From positions 29,696,001 to 29,760,000 of the forward strand of contig CP068257.2 in NCBI GenBank assembly GCA_009914755.4: 64,000 nt of DNA. The letters run 5' to 3'. The notes beneath the pieces are model-generated. The model did not search any database, was not told the origin of the DNA, and saw only the letters and a program-made list of their open reading frames with translations. This DNA comes from the human T2T-CHM13v2.0 reference genome, Homo sapiens. Within the stretch, counting starts at the first letter, position 1. Each line of letters opens with the position of its first letter. Below, in pieces: positions 1 through 13,965 of this stretch. Position numbers and translations under genes: made by a program.

Positions 1-47
1 TTCAAAATAAATCAAGAAATGATTGTGCCTGTACTTAACACGTACAT

Positions 48-211
48 ATTTTATTTTATTTTTTGAGACAAGGTGTCACTCTGTCGCCCAGGCTGGAAAG
101 CAGCAGCACAATCACGGCTCACTGCAGCCTCAGCTTCCTAGGCTCACATGATCCTCCCACCTCAGCCTCCTGAGTAGCTGGGAACACAGGCACACGGCAC
201 CACGACTGGCT
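48..211 (-). mobile_element. Alu SINE, right-arm portion (minus orientation), interrupted at its internal 'ggct|aattttt' site
   Basis: The poly-T is followed by 'gagacaaggtgtcactctgtcgcccaggctgga...cagcctcctgagtagctggga', which matches the reverse complement of the Alu right monomer. It ends at 'ccacgactggct'. Confidence 0.8.
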
Positions 212-486
212 TATTATTATTTTTTTTTTTTATTTTGCTCTAAGTTCTGGGATACATGTGCAGAACGTGCAGGTTGGTTACACAGGTATACATGTGCCAT
301 GGTGGTTTGCTGCACCGATCAACCCGTCATCTAGGTTTTAAGGCCCGCATGCATTAGGTATTTGTCCTAATGCTCTCCCTCCCCTTGACCCCCACCCCCC
401 GACAGGCCCAGGTGTGTGATGCTCCCCTCCCTGTGTCCATGTGTTCTCATTGATCAGCTCCCACTTATGAGTGATAACCTGTGGTG
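212..486 (-). mobile_element. L1 3'-terminal fragment (5'-truncated, about 270 bp) inserted inside an Alu
   Basis: The poly-T is followed by 'ctaagttctgggatacatgtgcagaacgtgcaggttggttacacaggtatacatgtgccatggtggtttgctgcacc...cattaggtatttgtcctaatgct...cccacttatgagtga'. This is the reverse complement of the canonical L1 3' UTR end. Confidence 0.75.
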
Positions 487-622
487 AATTTTTCTATTTT
501 TTGTAGAGATGGGGTCTCGCTATGTTGCTCAGACTGGTCTCGAACTCCCAGGCTCAAGTGATATTCCTGCCTTGGCCTCCCAAAGTGCTGGAATTACAGG
601 TGTGAGCTACCATACCCAGCCC
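487..622 (-). mobile_element. Alu SINE, left-arm portion (continuation of the Alu at 48-211)
   Basis: 'aatttttctattttttgtagagatggggtctcgctatgttgctcagactggtctcgaactcc...gcctcccaaagtgctggaattacaggtgtgagctaccatacccagccc'. It is collinear in Alu coordinates with the piece at 48-211. Confidence 0.8.
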
Positions 623-1559
623 AGACATTTTTTCTTGTCATCATTCCCTAAACAATACAGTATAACAACTATTACCTAGCATTTATTTTGTTTTAGGTAT
701 CCGGAGATGATTTCAAATGTGTGGAAGGATGTGCCTAAATTATATGCAAATGCTATGCCATTTTCCAAAAGAGATTAAGCATCTATGGATTTTGGTGTCC
801 TCAGGGCAGGGAGGGGATGTCCTGGAACGAACCCCCCACAAATACGCAGGGACAACATCTCTTGATATTGTCTGTATCCAGAATGTCAGTTCCCTGAGGG
901 TAAGGATGCTTCCCAGCCTTCTGCCCTATTGTCTCCTTACTACCTGCAACTGAGCACGTGAACGCAGTGAACACACAGATGCTGACTTCAAAAGTCAAAG
1001 ACAACCCGCAAGAAGAAACGCTGAGGTCGGCTCCCAGAAAAATCCTCGTAACTGCTCACTTTCGTGCTAAGGTGCCTGTGCACACAGTCCTGACGACTCC
1101 TTGTGGGAAGGGTGATAAGACTGAGGCAGGATTTGAGCATTTCTGGTCCCCAGGTCACAGTACATTCAAATACGACCAAATCCCTGCTGTCCGTAACCAC
1201 CCTTGATGCAGGAAAGTGTGGCTAACACGGCATCTACCATATGAATCAGCTCACCAGAAAATGCATCCTTAGTGTCCACAGCGCAGCACATGGCCAGAAG
1301 GAAGAAAACAGGAACATGAAGTCAGTGCTTTCACAGCTATGAAGCCGCCAGGGAAAATCCCATTCTTAGAGTATCAGAGCCTCCTGCTTGATGAGGGATT
1401 CTCCCCTGCTGCCCAGTGACTGCTGCCCAAGCCGACAGGCTGCAAAGAACTTCAAGAAGTACTATAGGTCAAAAGACACTTTACTAGATGTCATGAGTAG
1501 AATGCAGTGCTGTGTCTCCTCAATTTGGTTTGAATGTTGTTGCTGTTTCATAATACCAT

Positions 1560-2110
1560 TTTATAGAGCAGTTTAAGGTTCACAGCAAAATTACGCAGAA
1601 AGCACAGAGATTTCCCATATACCTCCTGCCCCACACGCACAGCCTCCCGACTACCAAGATCTTTCAACAGAATGGTCTGTTTGTTGCAATCAATAAACAT
1701 ATATTGACACATCATTATTACCCAAAGTCCATAGTTCACATTAGGGTTCAGTCTTGGAGCTGTAGATTCCATGGCTTTGGATGAATGTATAATGACATGT
1801 ATCTACCATCACAGTCTCATACAGAGTAGTTTCACCACCCTGGGAGCACCAGTCCTGTGTGCCCTGCCTGTTCATCCCTCTCTCCTCCCTAGCCCCTGGC
1901 AACCACCTTGATGGTTCTTCCATGTTCTTTCATGACTAGCTCATTTCTTTTCAGTGCTGAATAATATTCCATTATCTGGATGTACCACAGTTTATACATT
2001 CACTTACTGAAGGGCATCTTGGTCGTTTCCAAGTTTCCAATAAACCTGCCATAAACATCCGTGTGCAGAGTTGTTTTTGGTTTTTTGCATGGTTCTTTGT
2101 ATTTTTTGTT
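1560..2110 (+). mobile_element. Ancient L1 (L1M-type) 3' end fragment
   Basis: 'gctgaataatattccattatctggatgtaccacagtttatacattcacttactgaagggcatcttggtcgtttccaagtttccaataaacctgccataaacatccgtgtgcagag' matches the conserved L1M 3' region. It is truncated by the Alu that follows. Confidence 0.6.
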
Positions 2111-2117
2111 TGTTTTT

Positions 2118-2377
<260 letters not shown>

Positions 2378-4626
2378 TTCTCTGTATGTTTTTAATAGCA
2401 GTTTGGTGTGGGGAGACACACCGAAAGAGAAATGCAAAGAATGACCTTAGTGAGTTAGAGACAAAATAGACTTCATACTCTCCAAGAAAGTCCCTCTTTC
2501 TAAGAACACTTTTGAGAAGTTAAATTTGGCAAAGAATTCTAGTGTTAGTTTTATATACACATGCATCCATTTCTAATACTATGATTTTTTTTCAAGCACT
2601 TCAGATGGATTTATAAACTCGGAAAGGTAAAATGTGATTTGAACATTTTCTTTTGTCCCTATTAAATAAACATGTCCGTGGAACTTCGCTGTAGATTCCA
2701 TTATACTTAGGCTATGTTTTCCCAACTGGTACTACCAGCCCACGTGTTCTCTGAGGGATCCACTGTTGTGACATACAGAGCCAGTGCTAAAAAAAACAAA
2801 AATGCTGGGTTGAATGCATTTCAAAGATTCAACCAAGTAGTCAACGAAGATGATGACAAACTGTAAAACAAAGATGCCTACAAATTTCTGGACACAGGAG
2901 TAGAAATGAATTATGAAAGTAAGCATCCATCCCACCAATTATGTCTCAAAATCCATATATAATTATTAAACTGAAGTTGCAAAACTGTAGGCATCTCAAG
3001 GCAGATAGGTTCATCCTTTGGAAAAGGGGAGCTCACCACATCAAACACAGCCTGCAGGCCCATAGGCCCAACCAGCCACAATGACTCCCAGGGGAAAAAT
3101 GAGGAAGGAGGATGTCCCAGAACCCAAACGTGTCTTAAATGTTATTCCAAAAGAAACTACTTCTCAACTATCTCTAAAATCCAAATGCATTCCTGGTAGG
3201 ACAGAGCCTACCCTACCACACTCCTGAGGACTGGGAATCTCCGGCTATGCCACACCAGCTTGAAACATCCAACCAAAAGGCATTTGACCAGGCCTTCCAT
3301 TGGACAGCACTACTTTCCTACTGAGGGCTGACATTCTGCAGATAAATTTCCCAAATCCTGTATTTACCACTCTAAGTATTCCTGGGCACTCACACCCACT
3401 GCCATTTGTGAGTCAGAAAGAGGGCTGGCAAGGAAGCCTGGTGGATACACAGACAGAGGTCACAGAATGAGGGTCCCACATGCAGGATTTCAGTCTGATT
3501 TCAAACGATGGAAATAAGAGGCAGGCAACTCACATTTCAATACCAACTTCATGTGCTCTTGAGAAAAGGGAAATATTGAACATTCAGATCAGCTTTTTGC
3601 TTTCTTTTAACTACAAGGTCCCAGCGAAAACATAATCCGTGTCTAACATATCCAATTACTGAGAAAAAGCACGTACATGCTCCTGTGTTCTCTTCACCTG
3701 GCTAGTAACAAAATGGTATATTTTCCCATTTTATTTAATTTTTCTGCTCTCAAAATTACTTCCAGATCCTATTTTTTCTTTAGTTTTCATTTTCATCCTA
3801 CATGAAACCCCCTACTCCTGGAGTAAAAAGGAAAGAAAGAAAAGGAAACAACCACAAGTTAACACGGTATTTTAAAATACAACACCAAAAATATAAAATC
3901 CAGCCACGGCATCTGAGACTGAAAGAAACAAATAAATAATGTGTAAATAAATAATGCAGCACTATCAAGCTAAAAGTTGAGTCTTGGTACATAATATCCA
4001 TATTACAGGCTTTGCCAACTATACAGAGAGAAATTTCTATACACTCAAGGAACCTAAGGATGCAACTCACAGCCCTGAGCAACAGGCTCAACTAAGGTTG
4101 AAGAGTCAGGAAGAGCCCAGGATAAGAACTTTGGTCTCCTGACCTCTTTCTAGCCCAGTGCTCACCTTCTCATATTTCATATTAATGAAATACTAACTAG
4201 CAAATAATGATAATCATTTTGTTTAAACATACATGACTGAGCTTACCAGAAATACCCTCACTCACCTCACTCAAAAAAACTTTTTTTTTTTTCACCAAAA
4301 GAGAAAAACCACTGTGCCCTGAGCAGGAACCATTTCTAGCAGTATCAACACTGCCACTGGAACCACCCAGAGAAAATGCTCAAACCACCACCAGGGAACT
4401 CGCGATAAAACACCCACACTCACATTCACACTATGTATGTGATCATTAAAATCACCCTCCAATGATCTACAAAAAAAAAAAAAGTCTGTTGGTTAGAGCT
4501 CTTCATGACTAAATGGCTCATCAGACATCTGCCCAAACTAGATTCCTCTAAATATTGAGAAAGGTGAAGCAGAAACACTAAGAGTCCACATTGGTTTTCT
4601 GTCCCAACTCTTAAAAAGAACTAAAT

Positions 4627-4790
4627 AAACCAGGCATGGTGATGTATGACTGCAGTCCCAGCCACTCAGGAGGCTGAGGCAGGAGGATTGCTTGAGGTCA
4701 GGATTTCAAGGCCAGCCTGGGCAACATGGCAAGACCCCATCTCTCAAAAGCAATTTTTATTTTAAATAAATAAATGAATTAAAGATTGTA
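4627..4790 (+). mobile_element. Free Alu monomer (FRAM/FLAM-like) with (AAAT)n tail
   Basis: 'ccaggcatggtgatgtatgactgcagtcccagccactcaggaggctgaggcaggaggattgcttgaggtcaggatttcaaggccagcctgggcaacatggcaagaccccatctc', followed by 'aaataaataaatgaat'. Confidence 0.7.
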
Positions 4791-5017
4791 GATGCACTGT
4801 TCACTACTTGAGCTACCAACACAGGGAAATCAGGACCACAGAGGCTAGGGTTTCTCAGCTGCCCCGAGGGCTGAGGATCTGGGTAGGTGTGGTTTGTCCG
4901 CCTGGGGGCTGCTGAGCCTAGTCCAGGCACTTTACTTCTCTCCAACTCCGTTTTTTTCAGCAGTAAAACTGGAATATTAACAGCTCATTGGATTACTTTG
5001 AAGATTAAATGTCCTGA

Positions 5018-5415
<398 letters not shown>

Positions 5416-5965
5416 TGAACACTTATGAATTCTTGATGGTATATCTTTTCTTCCCTTCTACACTGTAAGCTACGCTGTACCCCAAAGATGATATTCTACA
5501 CTGTATCCCAAAGATGATATTCATAGCTACCCAACAAATGATTTGTTGAAAGAATGAATAAATGAGCTAACCATACCACCCTCCCCCCCAAAAAATTAAT
5601 ATGAAGCATAGTAACTAGATGTCACTCTCCTAACCTGAATACATTACCTTACCTTGGCTTGTTGAGACTTCTGCAAATACATTAGAAAGATAAATAGCAA
5701 CAGTTACTACGTAGAGGTGAAAATCGGAAACGCTTCCAATCAACGCTTATGGCTATAGGCTTTTCCACTTCGATTCAACCCCACGCTTGGTTTGCATGCA
5801 GGCAATTGCAACAGCCCCTAGTGTTCCATTCTAAAGCTGAAACCACGAAAAATCCATTTTATTTTCACTTAATGTCAACTCTTGTGCTTTCTTTGAAGAG
5901 GGATTCTGCTGCCTCCAGCCCTCCCCACCTGGGTGCTGTTTCTTTATTATCCCCACCTCCCCGCC

Positions 5966-6085
5966 TTTTTTTTTTTTGACTTGGGATCTCACTCTGTTGC
6001 CCAGGCTTGAGTGCAATGGCGTGGTTCTGACTCACTGCAGCCTCAAAGTCCTTGGCTCAAGGGATTCTCCCCCTGCTCAGCCTCC
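5966..6085 (-). mobile_element. Alu monomer fragment
   Basis: Poly-T, then 'gacttgggatctcactctgttgcccaggcttgagtgcaatggcgtggttctgactcactgcagcctcaaagtccttggctcaagggattctcc...cagcctcc'. Confidence 0.7.
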
Positions 6086-7105
6086 GGAATCGATGGGATT
6101 TTATGCAGGAAACACTGCACTCGGCTGTTCTTCATCAATGCTTCAGTCCTCATTACACATATTGATGCTGTTTGATCAGCAAAAAAATCCCACTGATAAG
6201 GGCACCTAACTGCGCTATCTTGACTCTCCGGGGATTTCAGATACCCTCACCTGCGCCTCCAGTAAAGCTAACCCAGGCCTCTGGAAAGAATTTTTTTCTA
6301 GCTCTGAAAGTAGTTATCTGCAGCCCATCCCTCCCTTCACAGCCCCCACATGGTTCATTCCCATCCCCATAAGCAAACCGAACTCTGCTGAGCATCAGTT
6401 CGGAGCAGAGAGAAAAGGCTGTGTGCTTTGAGCAGACTGGCTCCTTCCCAAGCTAAACACACTTATGTGCATCTGACTCCATTACCGCCCCAGCCTGCAC
6501 ATGTACCAGGGCGCCCAGCCTTTCCGGAGGTGAGCTTGTGTTTACCCACTGCCATGGGAGTATTTCCCAGTCAGCCTCTCCTCCCCACAGTGGAGACTGG
6601 CTGCAACCACCCGACCCCCAACCCAGGCAACCAAATGTGACATCCAAGGAGTTCCCGGAGTGGCCATCTGTCCCTGCCATGCCAATGTTTACGCGACATG
6701 GGCAGGAGAAGGACAGGCCAGGGAAGCCTCCAGGGTATCTTGCATCAGACCCAAGGCATCCACATCCCAGGCCGTTTGTGCCACAAAACAAAAACAGTGA
6801 AAGAAGAGTCCTCTGTCTAACCAGAGAGGTTCCCGGTTCCTAAAGAGAAGCATCCATCTCTTTAACTTTCCTGAGGGTGTTCAAAGAACCAGCCTGATAC
6901 GTTTCACCTGTGGACCAACATCTAAAAATAAAATGAGATCCCTAATTTTGCAGTTTTTAAAATATTACCTCACCCTCCCCACCCTCCACAAAGTGAAACC
7001 TAAACATGGTATTTCAGACAATAATGACTTCAACAAGCTCATGAACAGTGAAATGCTAGGAGGAATTGGCTAATGTAGAAAAGATTTAGATCAGAAATAA
7101 ACTCA

Positions 7106-7454
<349 letters not shown>

Positions 7455-8162
7455 CTAAATGTCTCTGTTTATATTCACAACCGGAGGTCAAGATGTGTGG
7501 GAACAGTCACGAGTTTAGAAATCAGATAACACACAGTTCAACTCCAGGGTCACTGCCACAATAGAGTGATTTTAGTCAAGCTACCTAGGTTCCACCAAGT
7601 AGACTTGGAGATGAGAATACGCACAGGCTCAGAGGGGCTGTGAGGTGCAATCATGTATTCTGTTAGAGATCACAAAGCAGAAGTATGCCAGGCACACAGT
7701 AGGTGCTCAATGTTTGCATCTTCCTTTCCAGCCCTAGCCCTCCTTCCATAGCCTTACAATGTCGGGGGCGCACCCAGGAGGCAGAAGATGTCCAAGACAG
7801 AATAAGTGAAGACAGACGCCACTGGGGAGCGTTCGGCCGGCCATCAGCTAAGACTCAGCGCACTGACTCTGCTGGGACATATTTCTGTTATCTTTCGAAT
7901 GGGGACAAAAGATGCTTGACATGTTTCACCTACCATTTGCATGAAATCTGTTGAACTACATCTGAAGTACTGGGGGAGAATCCACATTATTCATCACATA
8001 AATGTGCTTAAACTCCCTCCGGGGGGAAGATGGGCTAGCCACTGTGCCTGAAGCCAAGAGATGACACATCCATTCTATGACTCAACTTGAGCAGCTGCAG
8101 TGTGAAAATACACACACAGGCTCACACAGAAATGGGCTAACAATTTTTAGAATTGCCCCTTG

Positions 8163-8188
8163 CTTTTTTTTTTTTTTTTTTTTTAGTT
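8163..8188. repeat. Orphan poly(T) tract (about 23 T)
   Basis: Homopolymer run not attached to a recognisable SINE body. Confidence 0.6.
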
Positions 8189-8694
8189 TTGCTCTTTAAC
8201 CTCATTACTTTCCTTTGCTCACAGAACCTGGAAGCAACGTTGACATTTCTTTGGACAGCTCTGACCGGGTTTTAATCCCAAAAAGAATCCCTTAACACTG
8301 TGGCACATGAGGCACAGGGCACAGTCACAGGTCTCAGGGACTCATGATCCTACTTCAGGGAGAGCTCAGAAGGGTAACATCATCTGAGAAGGAACACTGG
8401 TTCCGAGGGGCAAAAATCACAGTGGCTGGGGCAGTCCAGAAAGACAGCCGGGAGGAGGTGGACTTGAACTGACTCTGAAGGAGAGGTAAAATCTGAATCG
8501 GCAGAGAGCAGGCAGGAGGCCAATGGGGGTAACCAACAAGGACAGGTGCCCTGAGACAGGACTCAGGAAAGCTGACTCTGGCGGGCTGTGTGGCCACTCG
8601 TTCAGCTAACATTTACTAGGCACGCCATGGCAGTCACTATAGCCATGCTGGGGCAAGTATAAAGAGAATCCAAGCAACCCACCCTGGAGGAACA

Positions 8695-8830
8695 CACAAT
8701 AGCACGGTGATCAAGAGACTAGACTCCATAGGCCAGGCTGCCTGGTTCAAATCCTGGTACCTCACTTTCCAATGCTATTGCTTTGAATAGGTTACTTAGG
8801 CCAGAGGTGAGAAGTCATGTATACGTTTTT
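8695..8830 (+). mobile_element. MIR-like SINE fragment
   Basis: 'agcacggtgatcaagagactagactccataggccaggctgcctggttcaaatcctggtacctcactttccaatgctattgctttgaataggttacttaggcc' resembles the MIR core ('ctgcctgggttcgaatcccggctctgccacttactagctg...gcaagttacttaacc'). Confidence 0.5.
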
Positions 8831-8924
8831 GATTAGGAAGTGTTTTCAGAGAAAACCAGAAAGTAGGTAGGGGAGATCTTGAAGGGAAGGAAGCCCTGGG
8901 GGCACTCTAGACCCAGGGCAAGAT

Positions 8925-9085
8925 AAGACCTCAGCCTTGGCCTGGAATATGTGCACCCTTCTCAGGGTTAGCCCTTGCTAGGGATGCCCTGGGGGTATAG
9001 AGACTACCAGGTAGTTGGCCAAAGGGAATCCAGCCCCTAAAGGCACCCTCCACCAAAGACAGCAGGAGCGAAAGCACTCAGGGAG
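8925..9085. repeat. Left arm of a large inverted repeat; the partner arm is at 9590-9745
   Basis: The reverse complement of 8941-9060 aligns at about 90% identity with 9613-9732 ('ttggagggtgcccttagggactggattccctttaaccaactacctgggagtccctgtacccccagggcatccctagcaagggctaaccctgaggagggtgcacatattccagg'). Confidence 0.8.
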
Positions 9086-9126
9086 AGGGAATTTACTAGA
9101 CAGGTGAAGGGGACCCAAAGGGATAG

Positions 9127-9504
<378 letters not shown>

Positions 9505-9589
9505 TATTATTATTTATATGATTATTTTTACCCCTTGAAAAAGGCATGTAGCCTAATTATGATAATACAATGTGTCTGTATTATCACAG

Positions 9590-9745
9590 GGAAAGTGAGT
9601 GCTTTGGCTCCGCTCTCTGTTGGAGGGTGCCCTTAGGGACTGGATTCCCTTTAACCAACTACCTGGGAGTCCCTGTACCCCCAGGGCATCCCTAGCAAGG
9701 GCTAACCCTGAGGAGGGTGCACATATTCCAGGTCAACCCGGAGGT
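9590..9745. repeat. Right arm of the large inverted repeat
   Basis: See the left arm at 8925-9085. Similarity also extends inward ('gagtgctttggctccgctct' vs the reverse complement of 'agcaggagcgaaagcactc'). Confidence 0.8.
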
Positions 9746-12224
9746 TTTATCTGCTCCGTGTCCAGACAGCCCTTGAAAGAAAGGTTTCTCCAAGCCACTG
9801 TGTACATGCGGAGAAAGGAGTGGCTACGCTGCTGTGCGTCTGGATGCAGGCAGAGCGGAGCAGCAGGTAAGACTGGAGGAACAAGTCACGGCAAGATCTG
9901 CAAAGCAGGACCCGGAATGCAGGGTGGGAAACTCTAAAAGTTACAGGAATCATGCATTCCTCAGGAAGCACCTGTGATTCTTGCCCTCTCTCAAGTCCAC
10001 AGTCTCCTATTGTGTTCAATTTCTGGACCAACCAACATAGGAGCCCAACCTGGTAAAGGTTAAATAATGCATCCCGATGTCACCTGCTAACAAGGTCGAG
10101 GTGCGTTTGTCCACGAGAGGAAGGCAAAGTTGAAAAGAACAAGAGCAACTTCACATAGCTAGAAAGCCCCTTTTGGTCTACGTCATTCTCCTCCTAGGAA
10201 GTAAACGGGGACTGCATGGGCTAACGTGACCGTTCCCACTTAGAAGGGAAACTGAAGTACCCACAGCCCTTTCTGCTGGAATTCCCTAGAAGGGGTCTGT
10301 GCCACATACAGGAAGTAGGGAGGGTGTCTTTGCAGCATATTTCTTCTCTTGGAGTTAACTGCGAACGTTGCACGGCGACCTCTTGATCCATTCTGTGAAA
10401 GCCCCAAGCCTGTCATGCAATAAAGACGTCCAGTTTCACCGCAGCAGGGAGGCCGCATGAAATATTCCACTTGAACAAAACCACTTAGCAGTTTACATCA
10501 ATGCTTACCCTGTCGCATTGAAAGTGATGTGAACCCACACCCAAGAGCCCCCAAACCAGCACGTTGATACCAAGTTTCCCCAGCTGCATCCAAATCAATT
10601 CCTTCTTCCCCTTTCCTAGTATCATGGGGGCAGACAAAAGAGAAGTCAGAAAGACAGAGGATTACCCGCAGCCAACTCCAAAATAAAATAACCATGGGAA
10701 CCACCCAGGAAGAATGGGAAAGGTTCCCAGGAAACCCATTTCAAAGCCTCAGATTGCAAGTGGGGAGACTCAGCAACCCTTTAACCACCAAAACAATCGT
10801 CACAAACAATGAACTTTCTATTGTCCCAAAAAAGGTGGATTTGGGCAGGATCAAGATAATAAAGACTTTAAAAGCTTCAATCCTCATTCCCCAGCCTTTT
10901 GCAAACGCCACACTTACCCCATTGGAAACAGAAGAGGCTTTGTCAAGATCTCCAAATGGGCCATCTGCAGGGACTGCTCACATACTAGGTGAGAGACTAG
11001 GATTCAGAGCATTATGCCCATGGTACCAACCAGCCTCCTCTTCCTCCTCCTGGGCTTCAGGTCTAGAAAGGTGGGTCTCAGTCCACAGTGATTCTACCTA
11101 TAAGAGCAACATAAGAAAATAATGGGTTTTGTGCTTCGTTTTTACATACCTCTAGAGATTGCAAGATTATCCTCAGAAACATTAACGTGATAACACAGGA
11201 AAAGTACCTTACATGTTGTAGACACTCAATACATTAGAGTATGGATATTTTGATAAGCAGTTCGTATTTTAATAAAGAAGCATTTACCAGGCTTAGTTAT
11301 CTATAGCTTTGTAGAAAGCACCTTGACTGTAGAGATTCTTGCCCACCAAAATCTCATAGTTAATGGAAACACTGAAGCATGTGGCTGCAAGGTACTAGAG
11401 GAAGCTCTACGATTCAGTACAAGAGCTCACAAATCAATCCACCCTGAATCATTCAAGAAACAAAACTTTCCAAAAGTGATGATCTCTTCCCTAAAAGTGT
11501 TACCAATGAAAGCCATGCTAACACTTGTTTTCAAGCAACGGCATCAAAATAAACTGGAGAAGTGGGTGTTGCAAAATACTCATGAAAACGACGCCTCCTT
11601 GTTCTCCATTCTCATGAAAGCATTGGCTAGAACAAAATAGCACCACTGGGTCATAGTGGGCAGGCCAGACCAGGTGCAGCTAGTCAATCTGTCTTCATTG
11701 AAAATAACTCCACACTTGAAGCTGATTCACTACCCAAAATGTAAACCAAGACTCACTCCTTGAGCAAAGCAGAACTTTAGCATAGCACCATAAAGCAAAT
11801 GAAGCCTTTTCCCAGCTCACAATCCCTTTCCATCCCCAGTCCAGTCCCTTGCAATACTAGATGCATAAATAAATGCTAAGTAATTATGCCATTACATAGG
11901 ACAAGGTCCTTATACCCTAGGACCTTGTCAACTGAGAGACCCTAAGAAGAACCAATGGCTCAGGGTTGGGCAAACTCAATAACGCTACATTCCCTTGTCG
12001 GGGAATATTAACCAGCCAAGCTCCTCTGTCCTATGCTCTTATTGTCCCTTTTTGGTTACAGCATCAACCATAATATCAAACAATCAACACTTCCCCCAAA
12101 AGTGCTTAGAAACTCCAAGGTCTGAAAAAGTACTCCAAGGTCTGTGGCACGAAACTGCTATGGCAGTCACCAGCATCGTCTATCTTCACGTTTAATTCTT
12201 TTCCTGTTTTAATTTAATTTTTAG

Positions 12225-12340
12225 AGAGGGGGTCTCACTATGTTGCCCAGGACAGCCTCAAACTCCTGGGCTCAAGCAACCCTCCCGTCTCAGCCTCCTG
12301 AGTAGCCGGGACTACAGGCACACACCGCCATGACCAGCTT
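12225..12340 (-). mobile_element. Free left Alu monomer (FLAM-like)
   Basis: 'tagagagggggtctcactatgttgcccaggacagcctcaaactcctgggctcaagcaaccctcccgtctcagcctcctgagtagccgggactacaggcacacaccgccatgaccagct'. Confidence 0.7.
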
Positions 12341-12464
12341 CCAAGTTAAATTCTTGAGTAACTAAATTTAACACACTTTGCCTTCATAGAAGCAACCCAC
12401 TAACTTACATCTCAGTCGCTGCCAAGTTTCGGGCTTTGTACTCATTTCATTTTTACACTAAAGG

Positions 12465-12660
12465 CAGGCAAAAAAAAAGGAAAGAAAAAAACAACAGAGC
12501 AGAGCAGTGGGTAAGATCCTTAGGAGATGAGACAAACTGAGAGGAAAAAAAAAAACCAACACTGGGAAAGTAAGATAAAAATTGGAGGGAAGAAATGGTA
12601 AGATAATCAACTAGGAAAACAAGATAAAAATACTGAAAATATGGAACTTGCCCATAATGA
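12465..12660. repeat. Purine/A-rich low-complexity region
   Basis: 'ggcaaaaaaaaaggaaagaaaaaaacaacagagcagagcag...gaggaaaaaaaaaaaaccaac...gataaaaat'. Confidence 0.6.
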
Positions 12661-13840
12661 AGAGAGAACAAATGGGGGAAGTGGTTTTTGTTTTATTCTA
12701 CGGCAGTAACTTCACCTTCCTTCACCTTCCATTGAGAGAAGTGGAAAGGTTGGAGGTAGGACAAGAAAGGGTAGGAGGCAGAAAATACTAATCGTTACAC
12801 TGAAAACACTAAGTGTCACTATTAAATGCCTACTTTGTGCCAAACAAAGGATAGAAACCTTACACGAATATTCATAATGAAATCTCATTATACGCTGAAT
12901 TCACAGTGCAATTTCACAATCAGTTTCCAGATCACATTTGGGGAAATACAAGTTCAGAGAGGTTAGGCAATTTTCCTGAGGCCACACAGTCAAAAGGGGC
13001 AGAGCAAGAATTCAAAGCCAGGTCTTTCTGACTCCAGCATCCTTTCTGATATACTTAGAAAGAATCTGTTCTGAGAAAACTTTAAAATGCTCAGACTCAT
13101 GCATTAAATATGAACCAAAATGAAGTGTCTTCTCCAGTCATTACAGCAAATTTGTTCTGCTGTCGTACAAGGTAAATCTGTATTGTCAAGTGGGTTGAAA
13201 GTACCTACAATTCACTTTAAATTACCAGTAAGTCTTATGTAAATTCTAGTTACATTTTTCCAGAACAATATCACAGGGTGTGCCTCAATTAATACACAAA
13301 ACCCACCTTGGAACAATTTGGTCCACTGTGTGTGGTGTTCACAAACAGAAAGTATATTTTAATAAAACTGAAAAAACATAATCTATGTCAAACATACAAA
13401 GACAAATACATGGTGTCCTCCTACTTGCAGCTAACGAACTCAGTTGCTAATTTTCAAAGGCTGTTTAAGGCCTTTTTCGACAGAGTTCCACTGGGCAGAA
13501 TTTTAAAAATGAATATAAACTCAAGAAAGGAGGTGGCCTTTGTTTGTGTTCCAATTAAGATACCATCAAAAATCGAAGTTGGTTCTTCCAAAAGACCAAT
13601 AAAATTGATAATACATTAGCAAGACTGATGGGGAAAAGGTACAAATAACGCCATGAATGAAAAAGGAAACATATCTACAGATACTACAGTCTTTAAAAAT
13701 ATTATGAGGACAGCATGTTCAATATTATACCAATTTTAAATTGTACATAAAATGGGAAAATTTCTGTAAAAATTAGGTATTAAAACAAACAATTTTAATG
13801 ATCTAGTATCTATTAAACAAATTTACAATTTAAAAACAGT

Positions 13841-13965
13841 CAGATAAGGTGGCACATGCCTATAGTCCTAGCTATACAGGAGGTTGGGGCGGGAGGATCA
13901 CTTGAGCCCAGGAGCTCCAGTCCAGCCTGGGCAACAGAGCAAGACTCCATCTCTAAAAAGAAGAA
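13841..13965 (+). mobile_element. Alu right-monomer fragment
   Basis: 'cagataaggtggcacatgcctatagtcctagctatacaggaggttggggcgggaggatcacttgagcccaggagctccagtccagcctgggcaacagagcaagactccatctctaaaaag'. Confidence 0.75.

Noticed and set aside
3000-4600. Suspected ancient L1/L2-derived sequence in the 3.0-4.6 kb stretch
   Set aside because: I could not match it to a consensus from memory. It is left unannotated and would need RepeatMasker.
8590-8650. Possible second MIR fragment in opposite orientation ('agctaacatttactaggcacgccatggcagtcac')
   Set aside because: The resemblance to the MIR 3' end ('aacatttattgagcgcttactatgtgccaggcactg') is short and degenerate. I could not support it without an alignment tool.
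10694-11640. ORFs of 142 aa and 105 aa in the unique region at 10.7-11.6 kb
   Set aside because: No domain-like sequence and no splice-site framing. The lengths are within chance expectation for 64 kb examined in six frames.
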